DNA of 64,000 nucleotides from Epithemia pelagica (Eukaryota; Protista; Bacillariophyta): NCBI GenBank assembly GCA_946965045.2, contig OX337229.1, positions 5,952,001 to 6,016,000 of the forward strand, read 5' to 3'. Shown piece by piece: positions 55,877 to 64,000 of this stretch (position 1 is its first letter; each line of letters starts with the position of its first letter). The notes under the pieces were generated by a model. It saw only the letters and a program-made list of their open reading frames with translations, ran no database searches and was not told where the DNA came from. The position numbers and the translations under genes were made by a program.

Positions 55877-58800
55877 ATGGCATTCTCTTCGTTTCGAGCG
55901 TCTGCTTCGTCGTCGTCGTCTTCCACCACCAACAAGGGTCCTCCCAAGGATTATATTCCCGGTGTGGGACGAGGGGCGTCTGGATTTACCACACGATCCG
56001 ATGTCGGACCGGCAGCAACCGATGCTCCTTCTGGTGTGGGAAGTCGAGCTTCGGCACACCGTGGTAGTCCTGCTGGTGCTGGTGCAAGTGCAGCAAGTGC
56101 TAGTGCCGCCCCGGCGGGTTATGTGGCGGGACGGGGAAGAGGCATGGGTGGTAGTAGTGGATTCTCCAGCACGAGTGGAGAGGGAGTGGGAGGCACCAAC
56201 CGAATGAGGCACGACGGGTTGGACCATGATGCCGATCCCTTGGAACTGGATGGACAATACGATCACGAAGATGACGAAGCCGATGCCGTCTGGGATGCCA
56301 TTGATGCCCGCATGCAAAGTCGACGACGACACTCGAAAAAACGCAAAACCGATGCCACGGATAGCGAACCAAACAATGGCACTTCCTCTACACAACAATT
56401 GTTGCACTCGCAATTTCGCAAACTCAAGGAACAATTGGGGACCGTGACGGAGGACGAATGGGCCGCCTTGCCCGAAGTTGGCGATCATAGTTTGAAATAC
56501 AAACAAAATCGTCAACACGATGTCTTTACACCCCTTTCCGATTCCTTGTTGGAACAACGCACCCTACACAATCGGGATGCCACAGCCGGCCATACGCAAT
56601 TGGCCTCCACAATGCCAGCGTCCGAACGAGGACCCGCCACCACCACCACGACTGGTTACCAAAGTGTGGTGACCAACATGTCCGGTTTATCCGCCGCTCG
56701 TGGGGCAGTGTTGGGCATGAGTTTGGACAAGACGGCCGATGCGGTCGGAGGAGGAACCACGACCGCCACGGCCACGACGAGCACTCGAACGGCCTTGGAC
56801 AAGACGGGCTATCTCACGAGTTTGGCCAGTACGACACCGGCCATGACCGCCGATGTCGGCGACATTCACAAGGCTCGTCTCTTGCTCAAATCGGTCCGAG
56901 ATACCAATCCTCATCACGGACCGGGATGGATTGCCGCAGCGCGTGTGGAAGAAGCCGCCAACAAACCCTTGCAAGCGCGCAACATTATTCAACAAGGATG
57001 TGAGGCGTGCCTCCGATCCGAAGATGTTTGGTTGGAAGCCGCACGATTGCATCCTCCCGACGTCGCCAAGCGCATTCTGGCCACGGCCGTTCGACACTTG
57101 CCCTCCTCGGTTCCGCTCTTTCTCAAGGCGGCCAATCTCGAACACCATCCCGCCGACAAAAAGGCGGTCTTGCGCAAGGCACTCCAAGCCAATCCCTCCT
57201 CGGTCACCTTGTGGAAGGCCGCCATTGATTTGGAAGAGGCTCACGATGCCCGCTTGTTACTCTCGGTCGCGGTCGAAAAGGTTCCGCATTCCGTCGAACT
57301 CTGGTTGGCCCTGGCCCGATTGGAGACCTATGAAAATGCCCAAAAGGTACTCAACAAGGCACGCAAGGTCCTCAAGGCCGATCGGTCGATTTGGATTGCC
57401 GCGGCCAAACTCGAAGAAGGTCAAAACAAACCGGCGGAATTCATTGACAAGATTCTCCATCGGGCCGTCACGTCCTTGACCAAACACGAGGCCGTCATTC
57501 CCCGCGCACAATGGTTGGAAGAAGCCGAAAAGGCCGAAGCGAGTGGAGCACCACTCACCAGTGCCGCCATTGTCAAACACACTGCGACCAAGGATGTGGA
57601 AGAACAAGATCAATTCCGAACCTGGACCGAAGATGCCAAGGCGTGTTTGGCACGGGGATCGGTCGCCACAGCACGGGCCATTTTGGCCCATGCGCAAAGT
57701 GTCTTTTCCCAAAAACGGGCCTTGTGGATGCAAACGATTCAATTGGAACGACAACATGGCACCTTTGAATCTCTGGATACTGTCTTGGAGGCGGCCTGTC
57801 AACGCTTGCCGCATATCGAACTCTTTTGGTTGCTGCGGGCCAAGGAGCAGTGGATTGCGGGTCATGTCGATACGGCCCGACACGTCCTGACGGAAGCCTT
57901 CCAGGCCAATCCCGACTCGGAAACCGTCTGGTTGGCCGCAGCCAAGTTGGAATTGGAAAATGGCGAAACGGAACGAGCGCGGGTCTTGTTGCAACGAGCC
58001 CGAGAACGAGCTCCCACGGCACGGGCCTACATGAAATCGGCCCTCTTGGAATGGGAACAACACGAGTGGGAGGCTACCCTACAACTCATTGATGATGGAA
58101 TTCAACACTATCCCACCTTTGCGAAATTGTACATGATGGGAGGACAAGTGTGTTCCACGCATTGGCCCGATCGAACGACAGGTGTCCATAAAGCGCGACA
58201 GTATTATCAACGTGGGGTGGAATCGTGTCCGGACACTGTGGTCTTGTGGATTTTGGCCAGTCGATTGGAAGAACGGGCACCGGCACTGCTTTCTTCGAGC
58301 TCCACTACCACCAACCTATCGTCGTCGACCGCGACTGCGACGGCCGGATTTACCAAAGCGCGCAGTCTGTTGGAATTGGCCCGTCTCAAAAATCCTCGCA
58401 ACGCGCAACTGTGGTTGGAAGCCGTTCGTTTGGAACGACGAGCGGGCAATGCCAAATTATCGCAAACTCTCATGGCCAAGGCCTTGCAAGAATGTCCCTC
58501 CTCGGGTATGTTATGGGCCGAACACATTCGGGTCACGCCCCGGGTGGACAAAAAGTCGCAATCGGCCAATGCCATTAAACGGTGTCCGGAAGATCCCCAC
58601 GTGATTACCGCCGTGGCCGAACTCTTTGCCTCGGAACGCAAATTCGACAAGGCCCGCAAATGGTTTGATCGAGCCGTTTTGTTGAATGCCGATTGGGGGG
58701 ATTCCTGGGTCCGATACCATGCCTTTTTACAAACCCATGGGACGGCACACGAACAAGACGCACTGCAGAAAAAATGTACCGCCACGGAACCCAAACACGG

Positions 58801-58906
58801 CGAACTGTGGACCGACATTACCAAAGATATGGAACATCGTCACAAAACAGTGGGAGAGCATTTGGAATTGGCTTATCAGTACCTGCAATCTCAATCCTCC
58901 TCTTGA
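55877..58906 (+). CDS. PRP6: Pre-mRNA splicing factor PRP6 (U5-102K)
   Basis: PPKDYIPGVGRGASGFTTRSDVGPA, KARLLLKSVRDTNPHH.PGWIAAARVEE, many HAT repeats, EPKHGELW. Confidence 0.96.
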   Translation: MAFSSFRASASSSSSSTTNKGPPKDYIPGVGRGASGFTTRSDVGPAATDAPSGVGSRASAHRGSPAGAGASAASASAAPAGYVAGRGRGMGGSSGFSSTSGEGVGGTNRMRHDGLDHDADPLELDGQYDHEDDEADAVWDAIDARMQSRRRHSKKRKTDATDSEPNNGTSSTQQLLHSQFRKLKEQLGTVTEDEWAALPEVGDHSLKYKQNRQHDVFTPLSDSLLEQRTLHNRDATAGHTQLASTMPASERGPATTTTTGYQSVVTNMSGLSAARGAVLGMSLDKTADAVGGGTTTATATTSTRTALDKTGYLTSLASTTPAMTADVGDIHKARLLLKSVRDTNPHHGPGWIAAARVEEAANKPLQARNIIQQGCEACLRSEDVWLEAARLHPPDVAKRILATAVRHLPSSVPLFLKAANLEHHPADKKAVLRKALQANPSSVTLWKAAIDLEEAHDARLLLSVAVEKVPHSVELWLALARLETYENAQKVLNKARKVLKADRSIWIAAAKLEEGQNKPAEFIDKILHRAVTSLTKHEAVIPRAQWLEEAEKAEASGAPLTSAAIVKHTATKDVEEQDQFRTWTEDAKACLARGSVATARAILAHAQSVFSQKRALWMQTIQLERQHGTFESLDTVLEAACQRLPHIELFWLLRAKEQWIAGHVDTARHVLTEAFQANPDSETVWLAAAKLELENGETERARVLLQRARERAPTARAYMKSALLEWEQHEWEATLQLIDDGIQHYPTFAKLYMMGGQVCSTHWPDRTTGVHKARQYYQRGVESCPDTVVLWILASRLEERAPALLSSSSTTTNLSSSTATATAGFTKARSLLELARLKNPRNAQLWLEAVRLERRAGNAKLSQTLMAKALQECPSSGMLWAEHIRVTPRVDKKSQSANAIKRCPEDPHVITAVAELFASERKFDKARKWFDRAVLLNADWGDSWVRYHAFLQTHGTAHEQDALQKKCTATEPKHGELWTDITKDMEHRHKTVGEHLELAYQYLQSQSSS

Positions 58907-59326
58907 CAATGGCGATTGAGGCTCTCAATTCTTGTTAGATATATATATGCAAGGGTGTTCTACAAACTGTTGTACGCTATTATTGAATGGTATGTTCACC
59001 CGCAAAACCTCTCTTCATTCGCTGTGACCCTGGAAAATCGGTGACTCACGTTGTTCCCACGGAGCGTTGGAGAAACGCGAGTCAGAGGGACGTTGTCCAC
59101 GCATGAGACTTGTCGGTGTGTCTGGTATGGATCCATTTGAGGATAGGAGTGGTTCTGCACAAAGAGAGAGGTTGTACATTCCTCTGCGACTGTGGTGGTC
59201 TCTTCGCCGCGCATCCGAATAGACTTTTAGGGTAGCAATCATACATGACAAATAGTTCAACTTCACAGACAGTGGACCTCTTTCAACGCTCATCCAAATC
59301 GTCCGTGCCAGCAACTCTTGTTTCTC

Positions 59327-60338
59327 TCATACGGAGGATGCCAGCAAACACGTGAGTTCGTCCACCATGGAATCTTCTTCTTCCTGCTCCTCCTCTTCAG
59401 AATCGACCGTGGGTGTATCGGATCCAAACGACCAGGTTTCCTTGAGTTGGAGACCGGCTGGAGAGGGTGGTGGAGGTGTCCGTGGTGGTGCTTCCTCCAG
59501 CTGAACCAGAGCTGACCACTGGTCGTCCAATTGGCACAAGTATCGTGTCAAAAAGACGAGACCCACCGTCAAGGCTAGAAACCGCCAGAGGTCCTCGGTT
59601 TCGCCCACGGAACGCCATCCCATAAAGTCGGAACATCCCCAAATGGCACCGACTAGTAGAATACCAGAAACCAAAGACAAAGGATTGACATGTTGAGACC
59701 AGGAACAAGGATGCGGCTACTATATGGGATGATCCATCCAACCATGACGTACCTGCCCCAAATACCTCCAAGACCAGCTTGGCGGCAAACAGGGATACCA
59801 ATTGAGGAGTGTCGGTAACCTCTACCATTCGATGGACCGTCGTGGTTGCCTTGCGATTCAAATCTTGCCAGTACTGGTACATGTGGGAGAGAAACCGACC
59901 ACCAAACAAGATGCCCACACCGAAACAGACTTGCCGCCAAAACTCTTGTGTTTCGTCGGTGCGCAAGGTCAGACATTCAAAGAATCCCCAAACGGCTCCA
60001 ATCGCTCCCAGGACTTGCAAGACAAACCTTGTGACAAGGGTGTGAACAAACGAAACAATCGTCTTATTATTGTTGTGGTCGCTGCAAGTTGCACGGTTGG
60101 CCGCACACAATTCCTGTCCCAGTTGAAGGACCCAACGAATGGCAAACAACACAGAGACCAGGCGGGCAATGGATTGCCAGAATTCGGTCGTGTCATTCGT
60201 TCGAAAGGAAAAGGTTTCAGCGGGCCCCCAAATGGCTCCTCCTCCACCCAAGACTTCCAACACAAACTTGGCGAGATAGACTTGCACCAGTGGGCGCAGT
60301 CCTCCTCCTCCTCTTGGATGGTGGTGGTGGGATGGCAT
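59327..60338 (-). CDS. Unknown multi-pass membrane protein with three internal repeats, paralog 1; exons 60338..59753 and 59652..59327
   Basis: Three KFVL(E/Q)VLG..GA(I/V)WG...(E/D)FW repeats; a 100-nt GTACG...CTAG intron restores the third repeat in frame. Confidence 0.75.
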
Positions 60339-61801
60339 GATCTGCGAAGAATGTGTATGTGGGCTCTTCTCAAGCCAGTCCTCGTTGAGATCGTTGAGGT
60401 ATCTTGTTGTTGTGCGACAAAATGGTGAGTAGAATGAAAATTCTCGCAATACACACATGCGATTGCGATGGGAGATGCCTCAACATTCCCAGAATCTCAC
60501 AGATCAATCATGGATGGCGAAGCGAGATCCCAAAGTGGTCACTCGCCCAGGGACAAGTGGTGACGCGCCTGGTGCTTTGGAATCCCCGCCAGGCGCAGAT
60601 TATTTAATGGATTGATAAAACAATGGATGACCGTTCTTCGATCATTGTTTTTCTTCGGGGCTGTATGGTTTTGAATAGGGGTTGGCCCGGCGTTTTTTGC
60701 CTAACGTGGGAAGGTTTTGGTGTATAGTACTGAATTTCGACTCTGGAGCTAAAAAAATTGTTTCGAGTCTTTGATGTTTTTCCACCCCCAGACCCCCTTA
60801 GCCTGCCGGCTTACCCGACACGTTCATTCTGAACTCAGTCGAATACGATCGGTTCAACGGACACTGCAATAATGAGGAACATCCAACGACCGTCCGAATG
60901 CGTGGAACTGAGACCTGCAACAGACAGAACCGTGGAAGTCCGTTCTCCGTTGGTCGTAGTCGGTGCACGTTCCACTACAATACTATGGTCACACGCTCCA
61001 CCTGTTTAACAAACTTGGAATTATAAGGACTCGCCCCCACTTTGGATATCTAAGTGTCCCGAGCAAAAGGAATCTTGGACAAAGGCACTCCATAATCAAT
61101 CGCCTCTTGCACTCTCAAAACAAAGTAAAAAGTTATATACCCCAAAGTCCAACAGCTCTGTTGTTCCTATCGCATCCGGGACCTTTGTTTCGGTTGTTGC
61201 TTGCACGAGTGGAATTGGAATAGATGCTACCACGAGTGGGCTTTGATAATAGTCCTAACAGGCTTAGGGTTCTTTAGCTCGTAGCCCCTGTCAAACAAAA
61301 TGGGCATCAAAATTTGTACAAGGGAAATGCGTTTCGTATGCCAACTTAGCATTGCGTTCGTGTGATTCCACAGTCTTTCACGGATAGCCTAGTGTCATGC
61401 GTTGCACAGTGGAACTACCCAAAGCGCACTCCATCAGGAGTGCCAGGTCAAAGAGAGTGGGCTTTTGGACAATGATATCGAACGACAATCCGCTCGCTTC
61501 GTCCTTGCAGCAAGGCCATCAAACGTTCCATTGTACGTCATCCGTTATGGCCATGCCAAATGCGAAATACATCAATTTCTCTGGATCGGGCAACACTCCA
61601 TCCAATTCTAGAAATGGTTGCATCGAGGAATAGCAAACATTCTTTGGATATCATGTCCTGGACCAACGATAGTGTGTGTAGTGTGTCGTCCCTCTAGAAC
61701 CTTGCGCCCTGCTGCGGATTGTGGTTGAGCGAATTTCATGGCACGGCTCCAGTTCCATCCTTCCGCGCCAATCCTCCATACAAATTCCAAGTTTGTGTGG
61801 G

Positions 61802-62765
61802 TCAGCAATGATCCACGGAGGAGACGCCCGAGTGTGGTGAAATGGGTGACCGGGGTGTGACCAGCAAGCCGGTGGATTCGTCCACCAGGTCATCCTCTTC
61901 ATCCTCGCAAGAGGCAACGGTATCCGATCCAAAGGAAACGGTTTCCTTGAGTTGAACTCCGGTAGGAGTCGAGGGTTTGATAGAAAAGGGTTCCTGGTCC
62001 ATGCTCGAAATGTGGTGTTGCATTTGAACGAGATAGCGCACCAAAAATACCAACCCTACCGTCAGAGCATTGAAACGCCAAATCTTTTGAGTCTCGTGAT
62101 TCCGCCAAGTCATAAAATCGGAAAATCCCCAAATGGCTCCGACTAATGTGATACATCCAAGCAGACTGTGAGAAAATAGAACAAACGTGACTGCGGAATG
62201 TTCTGCATGTTTACTTACCTGCTCCACACACTTCTAGAATAAGCTTGGTGGAAAAGACTTGAAGAAATCGAGTCAGTCGATGGACTTGAAGAGGCGGAGG
62301 TGACGGGCCTTTCCGAGTCATATCATTGTAATACTCCTTCATGAGGGATAGATACCGGCAAAAGAAAATGAATCCAACAAACAGACAGCATGTGCGCCAG
62401 AATTCTTGCGTTTCCTCGTTGCGGAGCGTAAGACAGGCAGATACTCCCCAAATAGCTCCACTTGCTCCCAGCACTTGCAGGACAAACTTTGTGACAATCG
62501 TTTGCAAAAAAGACAAGAGCGTCTTCTCTTCCTTGCCCAGGAGATTGTAATGCGTCAACAGTTCCAGTATCAAGCGGACCGCAAACAAAGAGGAGGCGAA
62601 GCGAGCCGTGTGTTGCCAGAATTCAAGAGTGTCCTCATTGCGCAAGGTCAAAATCTCGGCAGGTCCCCATATCGCTCCTCCTCCACCCAAGACTTCCAAC
62701 ACGAACTTGGGGAGAAATACTTGCCACAAGTCACGCATTCCTCCTTGGTGGTGGTCGTGGGACAT
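61802..62765 (-). CDS. Unknown multi-pass membrane protein with three internal repeats, paralog 2; exons 62765..62219 and 62142..61802
   Basis: Same repeats and the same intron position (76-nt GTAAGT...TTAG). Confidence 0.75.
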
Positions 62766-64000
62766 GGTGGTGGTACGTGTCAGGGAGAGAGAGCCCGTGG
62801 TGGTGGCAACTGGCAGAAGCCTGTGGGGAGAAGAGAGGTTGGATGAGTCTCGAAATATGAGACAGAAGGTATAGATAGATAGGGCGCCGTACAGTGTCAG
62901 TGTGTGCCGTGGGGGTTGAGAACGAAAAAAAGTGCTGACGAATGAGTGTCGCCCCAAGACGAGAGTGTGGAGAGTCCTGCGCTTTGAAGGAGCCCCAACG
63001 CTCGAATCGTCCGTTGGGTGTTTTATTGTTATGGTACGCGTTCTTTGAACGTGTAATTCAAACCCCAGTGTCACGCAAGCACACGTGGGGCATGTATCAA
63101 TCCATCTGCATCGTCACTTATCTGCAGAGACTCAACGCTTGCCTTTCGGACGCCACACGCGTTCAGATACTTCGGTCTTCGGTACACATTACTCGAACCC
63201 GTTGAGAATTTTTCATATGGGAGTACCGCGCGGGGGCGTCTCTCCCGACTCCCGACACCTTCCACGAAGCAGGAACCAAAGTTTGGGGAGAGTCATCGCG
63301 CGCGGTTACGAATAGTTAGAGCGTAGCTTCTCAACGGACTTCTGTTGCTTTCCGTTGGTTCTATAACTAAATTGAATCCAGGACGTTCAACGGAAGAAAC
63401 GTCGGAAGAATTTTGAACCGACCATCGACAACGTCTGAAGTCATTTGATTTTTTTCGCTTGGAATTTTCCGTTGATCTTGGATGGTGGTTCACATCAAAA
63501 TCGGACAGAAGCATGGTCCGGAGTTCGAAGTATCATAGCCAGCGCTATAGCAATAGAGCCCTAGGAGTAATATGAGTCTCAACACATCTTATCCAGTGTT
63601 TCTGCCTACCTAGAGCTACGAGAACAAGTAAGATAAGAGAGCTTGGTCTCTATGGTTGCAGTCACTGCCCATAGGATTCACTGCTCCCACAGGCTATAGA
63701 CTCGAAAGGCGTGTTTTCGTCTGACACGGAACAGAGATACGATCACACGAGAACCAGCACACGTCCTGTTTTCCAGACGACACAAGATCGCACGCGCAAA
63801 ATGTTTGAGGGTTTGGTCCAGAACGCAACAGAGATTCGCTTCGACCAAAACCCAATCGATGGCTAGCGAACTCAACAGCTGTCCTAATAGTAGAGTAGTT
63901 GTTTAGTTCCAAACGAGTCCACCCTAGGTTTGCATTCAATCGGTACCATGAACAGGGACGTTTTTCTTTCACTGCGACAAATGGTAGTTCGTTTCTGGAC

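Noticed and set aside
61380-61810. Possible pseudogene fragment on the minus strand
   Set aside because: Interrupted by stops, with no family I can recognise.
63000-64000. Short ORFs at the window end
   Set aside because: No motifs, repeats or splice-supported model.

Overview
Eukaryotic nuclear DNA, most likely from a pennate diatom. This is inferred from bipartite plastid presequences with A-F cleavage motifs, phytoene desaturase, an iota-type carbonic anhydrase and short GT-AG introns. Ordinary genes occupy about 1-8.9 kb (aspartic protease, TPR protein, RING E3, HAD-like) and 40.5-63 kb (metallophosphoesterase, PsbP-like, PDS, three mitochondrial-type L7/L12, iota-CA, PRP6, two paralogous membrane proteins). 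Between them, 9036-39638 is a head-to-tail array of a ~7.8-kb cassette in four units, two of them rearranged. Each full unit has four genes. Gene B is a minus-strand P-loop NTPase + restriction-endonuclease-like (REase) gene of Crinkler/RHS-like architecture. Gene C is a small protein with a variable heptad repeat. The third gene is a mitochondrial-type TatB. Gene A is a second NTPase-REase that appears to have captured the promoter and plastid-targeting presequence of the neighbouring metallophosphoesterase. Every A and B copy is disabled, while C and TatB are intact. The TatB/A intergenic region carries a tRNA-derived SINE-like insert in every unit that retains it. Unit 1 additionally has a Harbinger-like MITE and an intact Crypton-type tyrosine recombinase element there. 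A 5'-truncated copy of the SINE sits at the PRP6 start codon. All family assignments are from motif recognition by eye; no database search was run.
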